A stretch of DNA of 64,000 nucleotides from Candidatus Brocadiia bacterium (GTDB lineage Bacteria > Planctomycetota > Brocadiia > SM23-32), in assembly GCA_046538485.1 (NCBI GenBank), contig JBKHIT010000007.1, forward strand, positions 48,165 through 112,164. The letters run 5' to 3'. Under the pieces are notes generated by a model that ran no database searches, had not been told where the DNA came from, and saw only the letters and a program-made list of their open reading frames with translations. This document shows, piece after piece, positions 48,297 through 60,359 of this stretch (the stretch's first letter is position 1; every line of letters starts with the position of its first letter). A program made the position numbers and the translations under genes.

Positions 48297-51200
48297 TCAC
48301 GTTCCAGGCAACAGCTTTTGGGCGCTCCTGTAACGGTTTTTCAAATCTTTCAGCACTTTTTCAGGACTTTCTTCGAACAGCGGAACAACGTGGTATGTTT
48401 TGCCATCTATTTTTGCTTCAGGCATTTTGCCTTTGACTTTTTGCCCGTTGACGGTTACCTCTGGGGCGCCGTTGGGGCTGTGGATGAGCGCGGCGGTCGC
48501 TTTGTGGTCGGGAAATTGGCCGCGCGGATGCTGCATGAAAGAGGGGGCATCGATGATAACGACATTGTCCCCGGGGCTCATCACCAGACGTCGCAGCGCC
48601 AGCCGTCCGTCGGTGGCCAGCACCATTGTATCAGCTACACTGGCTTCCAGGGCTGTCGGACCCGGCCAGAGGCGCTGGAACTCAAAATAACCGCTCTGTG
48701 GCTCGGTCAGTAGATAGTGTTCCTGGGTGTTTTCATACCGCATGACAGCTTTTTCATCGAGACGCCGCGTCCGTCCGTCCGTGAGTTTTTCTCGCGCAGT
48801 CTTGATGCGATTTTCGATGTCCGGCGCCGTCTTGCCATCCGCATTGAGAGGTATAATCCACCCGCTCTGGCGCGCAACCGTAATCTTTTGCAACGTCTCA
48901 ACGCTGCGCTCATTAAGCGTCACTGACGGTTTTTGCTTGAACCCCTGGGCAAAAAGCGCCGTGGCCATGTCGTCGGACTCCTGTCCGGGTTTGACCGCAT
49001 AGCGAATCGCCACGGTGGATTCTGCGGGGCGGACGGTGGCTGACATCATGCTCACCCGTCCGTCAGCCTCGATCCGAATCTCCCCGGGAGTTTCGAGCGC
49101 GAAATGTGTCGGATCGGGCAGCGGGTTCCACGCTACGAACGTGCCGCTTGTCGGTTCGGTCTGAAGCATGGCCATCCGACCCGGCTCCGTACGAAGCACC
49201 GCGCCATTCTTGCGGAGTTCTGGCGCGCGACCCTGGACTGTGAGCGTCGAATCGCGTTCGATGCCGTCCTCGAGGTAAGGCCATTTCCCGTTCACGCGGC
49301 GGTACGGGAAATGCTGCTTGGGGGAGGTGCGTTTTCCGGTATCGGCTCCCCGTGGTCTGAACCCCATCTCCATCCGATCTTCCCCGCTCCGATAATCCAG
49401 GTGGAGCGTTTCGGCGTTGGCGTCCCAGCGCTGCTCAAGTCTGGCGGAACGGATGTGTTTCTGGAACGCTTTAAAACCGCCGTATTCCTCGACGTCGCCC
49501 AGTTCGACGACGAATCCGCCGTAGGCCAGATCCACCGGATCCCAGTCGTTGCGGTTCTGGTTGAAAGCCTGATCGCTTCGATAGTTGTAATTTTCGATCA
49601 GGAGGGCTTCCCGTGCGTAGGCGCCGGTCTGGGTGCGCACGGGTTCTCCGCCTTTCTTGATGATGATTTCCGCGTTACGGCCGAGATCAGTGGCTTTCAG
49701 CGGGATGACCCCGACATAGCTTACGCCGTCATGGAGGGTGATTCGAGTGTCGGTGGGGTAGCGAGCGGGGAGTTTTTCGACCGGTTTGCCATTCGCGTAC
49801 AGTTTCCAGGTCGGTTCGTTTTGGATGTTGAAGAGGCAGGCGCTGGTCTGAAGACTTTTGATCTTCTGTTTCTGGGGTTTGTAGTGGGAGCTTTTAAGGT
49901 TCGCGTGGGGGCTTGAAGCGATCAGAAGTTTGCCTTTGTGCTGCAGAACCCCGAGTCCACCGCCCATTTGACCGAGCGTGCCCCCTTTATGAGTATCGAT
50001 GAAATTGGTGCGGTTGTATCCGTAACGGACCATCAGCATTCTGAGGTGCTCGGCTGAACTCGCGCTTTTTTCGGTGCGTTTCCACATGCCCATCAGATTG
50101 ATGGTGGGGGAACTGTTCAGGTCGAAACTGGCCACTCCGTAGTGATGGCCCATGTGCGATTTTTTCCATTTGGGGTAATCGATGAACGCTCCCCACTGTT
50201 TCCAGGTCGACGTGATGGAGTAGGGCAGTGGTTTTTGATCAACGACGTTTGCCATCCATTCGGGCCCCCAGGGCTGATTGATGGCCTGGAGGGCGACGCG
50301 GCGTGGCGGCAGATCGTGGCCCGTGATCGGGAAGACGTTCACTTCTTTCTTGCGCATCCGGGCCTTTTGTTTGCCCGCCCTGTCCAGATCGGTCAATGCT
50401 CCCTCACGGGAAAGCGTATGGACGATGTGCTGAACACCTTCTTGGATTTGCAGCGCGTAGAAGGGAGTCGTGCGCAGGGCGGTGCTGATGAAGCGCCGCA
50501 GGCCCGGGTGGTAGCAATTGACCAGTTCGTCCACGTTTTTGGCCATAATGCTGCGTCCCATCATCCGGTCGAACCGGGTCGGTCCGAGATCCGCGAACGC
50601 TTTCTGTCCATGGAGAGTGTGCGAGAGATAGTAATGGTCGATGGATTCCTGGGTTGAACCTTCGAACCAGGCCCAGAGGCGGAGCGGGAAATGTTCGAGG
50701 CCGTACCGTCCGTCCCGGATAGCTCGATCACAACCGCGGAACGCGCCGCCGAGCAGTGCTCCTGTGGCGGCGGTGTGGTTGAAATTCATTGTGCTGATGA
50801 TCCGGGTGTAGCCAGCACGGTAGAAGCTGTAGTTCCCCCGCCAGTCGCCCGTCCGATCGTAATAATCCGTTCCCATGTTCCGATATTTGGTCCAGATCTG
50901 GTGGTATTGGGGATGGACCAGTTCGTGAGTCTCGCGGTGGCACATCATCCATGATTTCCAGTAAAGATGCCAGTGATCCACCACGTAGGGGGGCAGGGCG
51001 TCGCGGTATTTGTAGACGATTGAGAGCTGGTCGGCGGCTTTGAAACCCTCCCAGCGTCTGGGTTGCGTGGCAAGCATGCCGTCGATCCAGTCTTTGTAGC
51101 CTTTGAGCGTCTCAGGTAGAGCATTCGCCCGTCCGCCGAGCCGGTAGAGTTCCCGGACGCGTTTCCACTGCCAGTCGGGCATGTCTTCGGGACGCTGGAA

Positions 51201-52283
51201 ACCATATTCCGCGTAGAGTTTTTCATACTCTTCCTTGTCAGGAAGCTGCAGAGTTGGCTCTCCGCCGCGGTCACTATTTTCCAGTTTTTCCGCCAGCGCC
51301 GGAATGTCCGCGGGCGAGGGAACCTTGCCAGGTTTGGCGCCTTCGGCTTTCTGAAAAGTGACCACCAGTTTCGGGGTTCCGATGAAAATGCCGCGTCCAC
51401 CCGTCATCGTGCCCCATTCGTATCCGGGATTGGCAAAACGGTGGTCGTAGTATTCCAGTTTTTTGACGATGAACCCGTTGTCAGCGATGAGACGGAATCG
51501 CTCGCCGGGGGTTTTGCCGTAGGATTTGCCGGTGAGGACCTTTGTGACGTCCAGCGGTTCAGTGCGCTTGTGGGAGATTTCGGCGGGGCCAAAACGAGCG
51601 GGGAAGCGGTCCTTTTCGGTGTCCCGGGCGCCGTATTTCGCCCAGTAACCGGCTCCATTGACGTAGGCGTTGAAGGTGGGCCCGATTTCGGGGTCGGCTT
51701 TCCACGGCCGGCGGAGCGCCCAGGCGACGGCGTGCCACCGGGGTCTTATTTTGTCCCACATCCCGCCGTTTCTGAGGAACGAGCTCGGCCCCTTGTAGGC
51801 GCGCGGGACCTTTTCGGTGTCACGGAAGGGGAGGTGAAGTTCGGCTTTTTCTACGCGCCATCCCTGTTTCATTTTGTCGACTATTTTCCGAGCGGCTCCG
51901 GGAAACCGCACCAGAACGCGCCGGTGAACGGCATCGAAACAGGTGGCTCCGACAACGCTCTGCAATTTCCACGGGACACGTTTCCCTTCGGCGTTTTTCA
52001 TGTGTTTCGGAATGCGGTATTCGGCATAACCTCCGTGGTAGTCGAGATTGCACCAGACGGCCTGTTTGCTTTTGAGCGCTTTTCCGTAGCTGTAGTCGGC
52101 CGTTTTCCCGTCGGCGCTCAGAACAACCGGTAGGTCCCAGAACCAGCGCGTGCCGCTTATCCCGGCCGTCTCGGGGTTGTCAAGAACGAGCGTGTCGTTC
52201 TGTTCAGCGGCATGCGTAAAGCTGCAGAACACCAGAAAAAGGGTGAATGTGACGCGAAAAATCGACAAAAATGTTCTTCTCAT
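48297..52283 (-). CDS. Giant secreted hypothetical protein (possible alpha-toroid/beta-sandwich glycan lyase or hydrolase fold) with duplicated C-terminal domain
   Basis: Signal peptide from ATG 52283; aromatic/His-rich core (TMNFNHTA, QESIDHYY); two ~110-130 aa C-terminal repeats. Confidence 0.55.
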   Translation of the reverse strand: MRRTFLSIFRVTFTLFLVFCSFTHAAEQNDTLVLDNPETAGISGTRWFWDLPVVLSADGKTADYSYGKALKSKQAVWCNLDYHGGYAEYRIPKHMKNAEGKRVPWKLQSVVGATCFDAVHRRVLVRFPGAARKIVDKMKQGWRVEKAELHLPFRDTEKVPRAYKGPSSFLRNGGMWDKIRPRWHAVAWALRRPWKADPEIGPTFNAYVNGAGYWAKYGARDTEKDRFPARFGPAEISHKRTEPLDVTKVLTGKSYGKTPGERFRLIADNGFIVKKLEYYDHRFANPGYEWGTMTGGRGIFIGTPKLVVTFQKAEGAKPGKVPSPADIPALAEKLENSDRGGEPTLQLPDKEEYEKLYAEYGFQRPEDMPDWQWKRVRELYRLGGRANALPETLKGYKDWIDGMLATQPRRWEGFKAADQLSIVYKYRDALPPYVVDHWHLYWKSWMMCHRETHELVHPQYHQIWTKYRNMGTDYYDRTGDWRGNYSFYRAGYTRIISTMNFNHTAATGALLGGAFRGCDRAIRDGRYGLEHFPLRLWAWFEGSTQESIDHYYLSHTLHGQKAFADLGPTRFDRMMGRSIMAKNVDELVNCYHPGLRRFISTALRTTPFYALQIQEGVQHIVHTLSREGALTDLDRAGKQKARMRKKEVNVFPITGHDLPPRRVALQAINQPWGPEWMANVVDQKPLPYSITSTWKQWGAFIDYPKWKKSHMGHHYGVASFDLNSSPTINLMGMWKRTEKSASSAEHLRMLMVRYGYNRTNFIDTHKGGTLGQMGGGLGVLQHKGKLLIASSPHANLKSSHYKPQKQKIKSLQTSACLFNIQNEPTWKLYANGKPVEKLPARYPTDTRITLHDGVSYVGVIPLKATDLGRNAEIIIKKGGEPVRTQTGAYAREALLIENYNYRSDQAFNQNRNDWDPVDLAYGGFVVELGDVEEYGGFKAFQKHIRSARLEQRWDANAETLHLDYRSGEDRMEMGFRPRGADTGKRTSPKQHFPYRRVNGKWPYLEDGIERDSTLTVQGRAPELRKNGAVLRTEPGRMAMLQTEPTSGTFVAWNPLPDPTHFALETPGEIRIEADGRVSMMSATVRPAESTVAIRYAVKPGQESDDMATALFAQGFKQKPSVTLNERSVETLQKITVARQSGWIIPLNADGKTAPDIENRIKTAREKLTDGRTRRLDEKAVMRYENTQEHYLLTEPQSGYFEFQRLWPGPTALEASVADTMVLATDGRLALRRLVMSPGDNVVIIDAPSFMQHPRGQFPDHKATAALIHSPNGAPEVTVNGQKVKGKMPEAKIDGKTYHVVPLFEESPEKVLKDLKNRYRSAQKLLPGT

Positions 52284-52347
52284 GTTACTGAATTCACTTT
52301 CGCAAAAGGACACCGCTTTTATTTGCTTGCGCAAAACAAAGCGTTTT

Positions 52348-53295
52348 TCAATGATGCTCAGGCCAGTCAATAATGCTGTCAAGTTCGTCGTTCGAGGACG
52401 GATACGGGTTTGTGTAGGCGTTATAAGTGACGCCTTTGTAGACGACCTGGTAGCAATCTCTCATTACGGGCGTGTTGAAGCTCGGCACGTGGTAGAAATT
52501 TCCCGGCACGACTTCTTCATTCACAAAAACTGAATGTCCGTCAAGATAGGCGTAGGTGTGGCCGGGTTTGTTGGTGTGTGGGGTCAGTTCGACTCGTCTT
52601 GAGTAGTCGTTGCAGCTCGAATAGCCCGGGTCTCTATTGGGATCTTGATCCCACATCAGAGCGAAACCGGACGCGTTGGAGAAATGGTTCATTCGCATTG
52701 TGAAATACCGCTGGGTTCTGGACGCGTTTCGCCATGCCGACCACCGTCGCCAGGCCCTGAAACCTGTGTTTGTGTGAATTGTTCCTCGTTCGTCTGCGCC
52801 GCCGAAATAGAAGTAGGTGCCGAAGACCGCTCGTGTGCCCGGACGCGGATCCCAGAAACTGGAGGTCCCGTTGTATTTCGGCCATGAATTGTCCCAGCTG
52901 CCGGTCTGCTGTTTGATTTTGTTGCGGTTTTTTTCGTAGACCGACACGGGGTAAGCGTGATAGGTAAAAATGGTCCGAACGGTCGGGCAAAGGAGCGCAT
53001 CGCGGTTGAGATAATCGTCCTGAAAAAGGTCACCAATCTGGCGTCCCGTCAGTCCGGTATCAGGGGTAAAGCTATGGTCGGGGATCTTCGAATCATGGTC
53101 GTTGGCCCAGAGGTTGAATCCCATCGATGATTGTCGCATGTTGTTGACACATGTGATGATGCGGGCATGTTCCCTGGCACTTTGCAGGGCGGGCATGAGC
53201 ATGGCCGCCAGGATGGCGATGATGGCGATCACCACGAGCAGTTCAATCAGCGTGAAGGCGAGGCGTTTTCGTTTGTTTCCGTGGTCATGCACCAT
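52348..53295 (-). CDS. Prepilin-type N-terminal cleavage/methylation protein (DUF1559-like)
   Basis: [30 protein letters not shown]...CVNN; LLCPT; C-terminal H...YLDGH motif. Confidence 0.9.
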   Translation of the reverse strand: MVHDHGNKRKRLAFTLIELLVVIAIIAILAAMLMPALQSAREHARIITCVNNMRQSSMGFNLWANDHDSKIPDHSFTPDTGLTGRQIGDLFQDDYLNRDALLCPTVRTIFTYHAYPVSVYEKNRNKIKQQTGSWDNSWPKYNGTSSFWDPRPGTRAVFGTYFYFGGADERGTIHTNTGFRAWRRWSAWRNASRTQRYFTMRMNHFSNASGFALMWDQDPNRDPGYSSCNDYSRRVELTPHTNKPGHTYAYLDGHSVFVNEEVVPGNFYHVPSFNTPVMRDCYQVVYKGVTYNAYTNPYPSSNDELDSIIDWPEHH

Positions 53296-53341
53296 GACGA
53301 ACTCCAGAATGTTTTGATATTTGTGAACCGGACAATCAGGC

Positions 53342-54394
53342 CTATTCCGAGGCGAAGCCGCCGCCGATCATGCCCCGTTTCTCGGGGTCGACCGTGAAAT
53401 AGCCGGAGCCTTCAAAATCCAGGCGCAGCTGCAGATCGTCGGAAGCGTTCTCCTCGAGCTGACGCGGGACGCGGTAGCCGCGGGGGAAGGGGCGCACCTG
53501 GGTCGGGAAACTGACATGCCAGGCGTGCATGTAGGTGTCCATAACCCATTTTCCGCTTCCATCACACCGAATCATATTTATTCCAGGGGCGGCCAAAGCG
53601 ACACCTCCGAGAGCATGGGGCTGGAAATCGCCGCTTCGGCGGCCGGCATCGAAAGAAAAAGGGAATTGCGAGGGTGTGACATTCCGTTTTTTCCAGAATC
53701 GGTTCATCCGAAAGAGACTATACCCGTAACGATCCCCATTCGGATTGCCCGAACTAACGGGCCCGCACCCGGCCAGAATATAGTTCATGCGGGTGACAAT
53801 CGTGCTGTAAAAGTGCGAGCGAAACCGGTCGGGGTCACGGTCGCCGTATGGGCCGCTCGGACAGTAGGCGATGTTTTCAACATTGGCGATGACACGGTCG
53901 GAAGGGTGGTCCGGATCAACCCCCGTGGAGAAAGGAATGCCCGCGTATTCTTCGAAAAAATCGTGGTGCCACGTGAATGGCTCGCCGGCTGCCCCAGGAC
54001 CCTGCGGACCCCATGTCGGGTTTGAGCCGTCCCAGAACGATGGAGCATGACGGTTTGTGCCCGGTGGGAGCACACTGTCGTGATCCATCGCAAAAAAGTG
54101 AGTCGCCTGGTACCACTGCCGCTGGTTGCCAAGGCAGACCGCGCGACGTGCGCTTTCCCGCGCCTTCTCCAATGCGGGCATGAGCATGGCCGCCAGGACT
54201 GCAATAATGGCGATCACTACTAGCAGTTCGATAAGGGTAAAACCGGCGCCCTGATACTTGCCCGGCGTTTTCTGATAACTAAAAAACCGAGTTTTCGGGG
54301 AAACGAGGCTGCTCCGCTTTGGGCTCGTCATAGCAAAGTTTCGATCCAGAATGTCGTTGGGCGGCAACCCATTCAACGTTGTTATTTTGTGCAT
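53342..54394 (-). CDS. Prepilin-type N-terminal cleavage/methylation protein (DUF1559-like)
   Basis: [30 protein letters not shown]...CLGN; YCPS; PH...NMIRCDG; AAGGAG RBS gives a ~50-aa leader. Confidence 0.9.
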   Translation of the reverse strand: MHKITTLNGLPPNDILDRNFAMTSPKRSSLVSPKTRFFSYQKTPGKYQGAGFTLIELLVVIAIIAVLAAMLMPALEKARESARRAVCLGNQRQWYQATHFFAMDHDSVLPPGTNRHAPSFWDGSNPTWGPQGPGAAGEPFTWHHDFFEEYAGIPFSTGVDPDHPSDRVIANVENIAYCPSGPYGDRDPDRFRSHFYSTIVTRMNYILAGCGPVSSGNPNGDRYGYSLFRMNRFWKKRNVTPSQFPFSFDAGRRSGDFQPHALGGVALAAPGINMIRCDGSGKWVMDTYMHAWHVSFPTQVRPFPRGYRVPRQLEENASDDLQLRLDFEGSGYFTVDPEKRGMIGGGFASE

Positions 54395-54413
54395 CGAACT
54401 CTCCTTACCATTT

Positions 54414-57400
54414 TTACTTGATCGCGATACTTCTGCGTTCCTGAGAGGGCGGCATCACGGGCCAAGCCCACTCCGATATCTTGACTTTGTGCGATCCATC
54501 CGAGACCCCCATGGCAATGGCGAATTGAGGTGTCGTTTTGCCTTTTACGATGGAATGTTCATCGGCAAAACCGGCGTAATAGCGCACTCCGTCCATCCAG
54601 TAAGCCGGTCGGACGATGTCCCGGGGCCAGGTCGTGACAAGGGTGCGTACCTTCCCATCGACCTGACCGGTGATCGATTCGGGCGTAAAGGTCAAATCGA
54701 ACGGTCCCATACCTCGCACGCCGACGTTGCCCACACTGAGCTGAGCGTAATTCATTTCCGGGACCGTGAAACGGATACGAGCACCTCTTATACGGACCAC
54801 CGCATGCCGTGCCCGCATGTGGATGTTATCCCTAATGACCGTTTTCGTCGCGGGAGCTCTCAGCACGTACGTTGTGGTGCCATTCCGGCTGAATTTGCTC
54901 AAGTGATCACTGATTGTCTTCCCCTCCGACGGTATATCGGGTACTTCGACGACGTATTCAGGAGGTTTGACCATTGTGTCAAGGTCAGCGCCCGTTTCCA
55001 CTGTTTTTTCAAACGGGATCGCGCTTTTGATGATCTGGCGTTTGTAGCCCACCTCGCCCGGACCTGCGGACAGGGCGAGAGTGATCTTGCCGTTATCCCA
55101 CAGTCGCACGGCACCGGCCCGCCCGTTGAATACAACGCCATTACGCTCATATTCGAGAGGCATCGTCGAAAGGAAAACATAGTCGGTGCTTTCCGACGTG
55201 ACGACTTTCATGACCCCGGGCGCGGGCAACGAAGTGTCCGGAGACTGTTTGTCCTCTTTGCGGGGGTACAGGAGCCACATTGTTCCCTGGCCCGGCTCGT
55301 TCTGCATCCGCACCATAATATGCTGTTCCCGACTGCCGTTGAAATTCTGGTATTGGTTTTTGCCAAAACGCAGAGGCGTGCCTTTTTTGCTGATCCAGTC
55401 TTCCGAAACAATGTCACCTTTTTCGTGATCGCCGACCACGCGGGCCTGATAACCATGGGAAAGATGCAGCTCGTCTTCCCGCACCTCGGGCGTCAGTTCC
55501 TTGCGTCCCGGAAACATCACGTCGAGATCCGTGGTCCACTCCGTATCGAGCATAATCTTATTGTTGGCGACAGTGAGGTCATTTTTGCGTCCGAGCAGAC
55601 TGAGGTTAAGCCAACTGGCCAATTTCCCCCGGTCAGCGGGATCCAGCGACGGATTGGCGTTGGTCGAGTCACGAACGACGAAGTAATTGGGATCGGTTGC
55701 CGTTTTCCCCTTCATAAAAGCAATCTGGCGGTCCCATGTGAATGCTCCTTCTTTCTGCCCCAAATCTTCAATGAGTTTTCGTCTTCGACTCCAGCCTTTT
55801 CTCCCGCCGGGCGATATGAACCATTCTGGGTATCCGGTGGAAGACCACGCATAATCCATGTGGGTAGCGAAATGCGCATCCAGGATGTTGCTGTCTGGCC
55901 AGGCATGGGGCAGGTCGTTCACCGGTGCGCCAAATCGCAGGAAATTTTTGTCCGGGAATGCCGGGTTCGAAGGCCTGCCGTACTGGTAAGGCTGGGGAGG
56001 AAGGAGGACGGCGCCCCTGGAATAGAGAATGAGATTGCCCTGATCCTGGTTCCAGTGGCTCCAGTTGTAGCCACTTCGCAGATACAGCGCGGTTTCGTTC
56101 GGTCCCTGATGCGCCCGAAAGATGACGCCGAAACCGGGATAGGACCGGCTTTTCAGGTCTGCCTTTTTCGGTTCAATCCAGGGCCGGACCATCGCGGGGA
56201 TAGTCAGCGCATCGGCACCGGTGCCGACCATACGGCCGTTGGCGTTCCATGCCCAGCGCAGGTCCGCGGCAAAGTCGGGGTCCCGCTCCGATACGGTGCC
56301 CATCGCCTGAAGGTAATGGGGCGATTGTCCGGCTGGCGCATTGGCCATGCCCGGGATAATGCGTGAATTGTAGCGGGGGTCGTTGGGAGAAAGCAGATTG
56401 AGGAAATAGTCGAAATCGATGCGGTTGTAGTGCCACAGGCGGTCCGTCATGCTCGCTTCGCTGCTGAATATGCCCATCAGCCCTCGTTCGATTTTGCTGT
56501 ATCCATGCATATGATAACTGGCCCCGTACTCGAACCATGAACCTTCCGGAGCCATGAAACTGCCCATTTTATATTCCATGAACATACCCATGTACTCCCG
56601 CCATGCATCGAACATGGGGTGCGTGGGGATCATTGCCATGAGGTTGCTCCGGTCCATCAGACGAGAGACCCCCATGTTGGGATTGCCGTGATGGGAGCTA
56701 TCGCCGGCGCTGGTTACATCAGGGTCGACGAGAAGATAACAGAGCAGTGCCAGACGTGCTTTAATAGTCTGGCGATCTTCTTCTGGAAGATCAGGCCAGG
56801 AGAGCACCGACTCCGTGTGGCCGATGGGTTTGCCGTACTGCGATAGTGTATGGTGATGGTGAATGGACAGGCGCGTGATGATGTGATGGATATTACGTTT
56901 GAGTTTGCCCAGGACCTGTGGCAGTTCCTGCTGAGCCGTTTTTGGATCCTGCGTGAACCAGTAGTAGTTTTCGACCATCTTTCGGAGCGGGAAATCCCGG
57001 TCATTTTTGACCGCTTGTCGGTATCTTCCGGCCTGCTGAGGCGTCATGAACACGCGCGGGTATTCAATGTTGCCGTCGTCCCAGGACAGAATGAAATCTT
57101 TATATCGGTTGAGGCCGACGGTGCCATATAGATTCCGCACCGAATATCCAACGCTTTTTGTGCGTTTGTCTCCGTAGCCGGCAACTTCGAACGCGGGATG
57201 CGCAAGAACAAGTCCCCATACGCGACGGCCGTAGTCAGCGGGCAGGCTCGGATCATGTTCGTGGCAGGAAAACGGCGAGACATCGGAGGCGGGTTCGTTC
57301 TTCCAGGAAAGCGGGGCCACGTCCATGGGAAAACGTACGCGAACCCGGTCTTCATCGACGTATACCGGTATGCTGTTGGCACGTCGCCAGGCTCCTTTGT

Positions 57401-58427
57401 GCAGCGGGGCCACGATTGCGAGCGGGTACGAGCCGGGGCTGGTTTTCCGGGCTTTTCGGGAATGCACGCCGTAGTAGGAGACGTAACGGTTGCCCCAGCA
57501 GGAATCGTGATGGATACAGCGCGTCGGGGCTCCAGCACCTCCCGGGAAATTGGTGCCGATGCTCGGCCCGGATGGGGTCGCGTTCGCTTCTTTTGCCAGA
57601 GCCGGATACTTAACGGGACTGTGTCCCTGTCCGGCGACCCGCATGTTCTCGGCGCTGTCGGGGTCCCATTCATGTGTCAGGTCGAGCTGCCAGTAATGAC
57701 TGTTTTCATCAACACCCAGTTCGTATTCTTCCGTCACATGAGCGAACGGGATTCTGTCGGTGACGCGTATCCGGGCGTGATAGAATCCCCCATCCACGTA
57801 TGTGATGCGGTAATCAAGCTGGGTGAAAACGGGGCCATCGGCGGTCTTTTTGACTTTGAAATGTTCGACTTTCCGTTCGTGCTTAACATCTCCCGACCCG
57901 CGCCAGGCGCCGTCGGGTCCCCGGAAAGCAAGGAGGGGACCGGGCAAGGAACGGGCAGCGACGGGTTTATTGAAAGAAATCTCCTGAGGTTTTGGCACTT
58001 TTACCGCCAGTTTCTGATTGGCCAGGACCAGAGCGTTGCCTTCCGCAGTGGAAGAAACGGCGGGTTCGGCGGCCGGGCCGTTGCCATCGGCGCACAGAAC
58101 GTAGGTTGCGACCTTGTCCGCTCGAACGCGGGCCACGAAACTCAGAGTTGTGTCCCCGTTTCCGGCCGGTGTGAGCTGGAAAGGGAGTGGTTTGCCGTCT
58201 TCGTTGACCAGGCGAAGGTTTTTGCGGTCTTTTCCCGATATGTCGATTCTATAATGGACCAGGTCCGGTGGAAATCCCCGTCCGGTCCAGTCCTTTATTG
58301 TGAGCGTTCGGCGTTGACCGGCAGTGGCTGGCAGGCATGCGAGAAGAGTGAGGGCAAAGAAGGAAATCAGGAAGAGAAACAAATGTCTGAAATGGGGGGG
58401 CCGGATATTGACCAAGATTTGCCTCAC
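54414..58427 (-). CDS. Giant secreted protein, heparinase II/III-like polysaccharide lyase candidate
   Basis: Signal peptide; [17 protein letters not shown], and YPGFGVIFR...[14 protein letters not shown] resembling the heparinase II/III HxHxD region. Confidence 0.55.
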   Translation of the reverse strand: MRQILVNIRPPHFRHLFLFLISFFALTLLACLPATAGQRRTLTIKDWTGRGFPPDLVHYRIDISGKDRKNLRLVNEDGKPLPFQLTPAGNGDTTLSFVARVRADKVATYVLCADGNGPAAEPAVSSTAEGNALVLANQKLAVKVPKPQEISFNKPVAARSLPGPLLAFRGPDGAWRGSGDVKHERKVEHFKVKKTADGPVFTQLDYRITYVDGGFYHARIRVTDRIPFAHVTEEYELGVDENSHYWQLDLTHEWDPDSAENMRVAGQGHSPVKYPALAKEANATPSGPSIGTNFPGGAGAPTRCIHHDSCWGNRYVSYYGVHSRKARKTSPGSYPLAIVAPLHKGAWRRANSIPVYVDEDRVRVRFPMDVAPLSWKNEPASDVSPFSCHEHDPSLPADYGRRVWGLVLAHPAFEVAGYGDKRTKSVGYSVRNLYGTVGLNRYKDFILSWDDGNIEYPRVFMTPQQAGRYRQAVKNDRDFPLRKMVENYYWFTQDPKTAQQELPQVLGKLKRNIHHIITRLSIHHHHTLSQYGKPIGHTESVLSWPDLPEEDRQTIKARLALLCYLLVDPDVTSAGDSSHHGNPNMGVSRLMDRSNLMAMIPTHPMFDAWREYMGMFMEYKMGSFMAPEGSWFEYGASYHMHGYSKIERGLMGIFSSEASMTDRLWHYNRIDFDYFLNLLSPNDPRYNSRIIPGMANAPAGQSPHYLQAMGTVSERDPDFAADLRWAWNANGRMVGTGADALTIPAMVRPWIEPKKADLKSRSYPGFGVIFRAHQGPNETALYLRSGYNWSHWNQDQGNLILYSRGAVLLPPQPYQYGRPSNPAFPDKNFLRFGAPVNDLPHAWPDSNILDAHFATHMDYAWSSTGYPEWFISPGGRKGWSRRRKLIEDLGQKEGAFTWDRQIAFMKGKTATDPNYFVVRDSTNANPSLDPADRGKLASWLNLSLLGRKNDLTVANNKIMLDTEWTTDLDVMFPGRKELTPEVREDELHLSHGYQARVVGDHEKGDIVSEDWISKKGTPLRFGKNQYQNFNGSREQHIMVRMQNEPGQGTMWLLYPRKEDKQSPDTSLPAPGVMKVVTSESTDYVFLSTMPLEYERNGVVFNGRAGAVRLWDNGKITLALSAGPGEVGYKRQIIKSAIPFEKTVETGADLDTMVKPPEYVVEVPDIPSEGKTISDHLSKFSRNGTTTYVLRAPATKTVIRDNIHMRARHAVVRIRGARIRFTVPEMNYAQLSVGNVGVRGMGPFDLTFTPESITGQVDGKVRTLVTTWPRDIVRPAYWMDGVRYYAGFADEHSIVKGKTTPQFAIAMGVSDGSHKVKISEWAWPVMPPSQERRSIAIK

Positions 58428-58456
58428 CTGAGAAAGTCGTGAAAAGTTGGTAAATC

Positions 58457-59167
58457 CTACTTTGTGGGCAGGTGCAGAATGTTATCAATTTTGGAATCGG
58501 TTCGGGCAGCTTTCCCTACGTTGGAGGAATACATCGTAAAGTTTTTCTTGCGAGGTGGCAGAAAACTGTGCCAGACTTCAAAGGATCGATCGGTGGTGCG
58601 CCAGACGCCGCCTCCCCAGTAATAGTACGTCCCCATGGGTTTGTTGTAGCCGGGATTCCGCCACTCACCGTCCGAGGGGTCGATCGTAGCCGGGTAGGGA
58701 TCATAGAAATGCCGCCAGGATATCGAATATTTGTCCCTGGCGTCGGTGCTGGAGCTGTATTTCCAGGGATAATCGCCGAGAGGCGCGGTGGGACAGAGTA
58801 GTTGTTCGGCGTGGACATATTCTCCGCGTTCATACAAATTCCACCACTGGGGCATTTGCATGCCATCTGGGTTGAGATTGGATTGCTGATGAGGAGGAAT
58901 GATATTCGTGTCAAGCGCGTACATGTTGAGTCCAAGGGTAAACTCTCTCACGTGTGCGATACACTGGGTGGTGAGAGCTGCGCCGCGGGCCTTCTGGAGT
59001 GCGGGCATTAACATTGCCGCCAGGATGGCAATGATGGCGATGACCACCAGTAGTTCTATGAGGGTGAAAGCTTTTGCTTGACCCGGAAAAAACTGACAGT
59101 GGTTTCCAGAAAAAGCCGGCTCATCCAAATCGCTTCTGAGATCCGGTTGCGGTGCGTTTGTCCTCAT
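58457..59167 (-). CDS. Prepilin-type (DUF1559-like) protein, apparently C-terminally truncated
   Basis: [42 protein letters not shown]; lacks the terminal H...DG motif. Confidence 0.8.
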   Translation of the reverse strand: MRTNAPQPDLRSDLDEPAFSGNHCQFFPGQAKAFTLIELLVVIAIIAILAAMLMPALQKARGAALTTQCIAHVREFTLGLNMYALDTNIIPPHQQSNLNPDGMQMPQWWNLYERGEYVHAEQLLCPTAPLGDYPWKYSSSTDARDKYSISWRHFYDPYPATIDPSDGEWRNPGYNKPMGTYYYWGGGVWRTTDRSFEVWHSFLPPRKKNFTMYSSNVGKAARTDSKIDNILHLPTK

Positions 59168-60270
59168 CGCCTTTCATCCTTTCGTACGCTAACGGAACTT
59201 CTTTCGATAAGGCGCGGTGCGACCCGGACGACGGTGGTTGTTTCAGGGGCGGTCTGTTCGCAGAGTAAGACCGCCATCCGAGCCATCTCTTCTTCTCCCA
59301 GGCTCATGCTGCTGAGGGGCGGCTCAAGCATCTCGCACCAGGGGGTGTTCCCGGTTCCGATCACGCTGAAATCTTCCGGAGCCCTCAGCCCTTCCTCCCG
59401 AAGGATCCGCATCAGGGGGGCCGCACGGAAATCGCCCTCGCAGATGTAGGCCGTCGGTAAAGGATCGGCCTGCTGAACGAACCGCCGAACCGCGCGTTTG
59501 CCCAATTCCTGCCAGTCGCGTTCCTGACCGGCAGGAAAACCAAGGACAAACTCATCTTCAATGCCGACATCCTGGAGCGCCAGACGATATCCCTGATAGC
59601 TGTGTTGTTTCGGGTGAGGGCGTTGCAGAAGCGGATCGGGACCGTCTCCCCACCCGATACAAGCGAGGGCGATCCGGTGATGGCCCGCGTTCAAAAGATG
59701 GTGAGTTGCCTGATGGACGGCTTCCCGTACGTTGCTGGTGACAATGTAAGTGGATCTCTCGGTTTTTCCGTCCGTTTTTTCCGCGTGGAAACCGCTGATT
59801 CGAACCGCCGGTGTGTCGCCGGGCATTATCTCGCATACTTCCCCCCAGCAGGAGGTGTCGCAGATCACACCACCGGCATCCGTCAAGAGATTCTTCAGGT
59901 GCGCCGAATCCGACAGCTCGTCCGGATCATGCTGAGGCGAAAACCCCACCGCGGGCCGTCCGGCAAGCTGGGCGTGACGTGAAATCGCGGCGTAGAGATC
60001 CTTGTAGAAATGCGATTGTGTCTCGCCGATATACAAGAGGGGGGTGGTGCTGGTGCCTGTGCTCGCTTTGACAAACGTCCCACGTCCGCGCCGGCGCACA
60101 ATCCGGTCCTTCTTCTCGAGCATATCGAGCGCCTTGCGGAGGGTCCGGCGGTTGACGTCGTATTCTTCGGCCAGATCCGTTTCCGACGGCAGGATATCCC
60201 CCGGTTCGTAATCCCCGTTCTCGATTCGCTCCAGCAGATTCTGCGCCACACCGGTGTACTTGACTCGCAT
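59164..60270 (-). CDS. GntR-family regulator with LacI-type sugar-binding domain (AraR-like architecture)
   Basis: [22 protein letters not shown]...[41 protein letters not shown]. Confidence 0.9.
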   Translation of the reverse strand: MRVKYTGVAQNLLERIENGDYEPGDILPSETDLAEEYDVNRRTLRKALDMLEKKDRIVRRRGRGTFVKASTGTSTTPLLYIGETQSHFYKDLYAAISRHAQLAGRPAVGFSPQHDPDELSDSAHLKNLLTDAGGVICDTSCWGEVCEIMPGDTPAVRISGFHAEKTDGKTERSTYIVTSNVREAVHQATHHLLNAGHHRIALACIGWGDGPDPLLQRPHPKQHSYQGYRLALQDVGIEDEFVLGFPAGQERDWQELGKRAVRRFVQQADPLPTAYICEGDFRAAPLMRILREEGLRAPEDFSVIGTGNTPWCEMLEPPLSSMSLGEEEMARMAVLLCEQTAPETTTVVRVAPRLIERSSVSVRKDERR

Positions 60271-60280
60271 CTGCCCTCCT

Positions 60281-60343
60281 ATATACACAGAAGGTATACA
60301 TCTTATATACCCTAAGTGTATACCCTGCTGCCTGGCCTGTCAA
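60281..60343 (-). promoter_or_regulatory. Sigma-70 promoter of the regulator overlapped by repeated TATAC/GTATAC sites (candidate operators)
   Basis: TTGACA (60338-43)-17nt-TACACT (60315-20); four TATAC cores within 45 bp, two in GTATAC palindromes. Confidence 0.6.
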
Positions 60344-60359
60344 GTTTTTTTGCGCTCTC

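Noticed and set aside
54351..56366. Long antisense ORFs (also 312..2165, 2421..3473, 5043..6071, 24260..25354, 36933..38120, 45098..46342, 57198..58442)
   Set aside because: They are shadows of well-supported genes on the opposite strand in GC-rich sequence and have no recognisable motifs.
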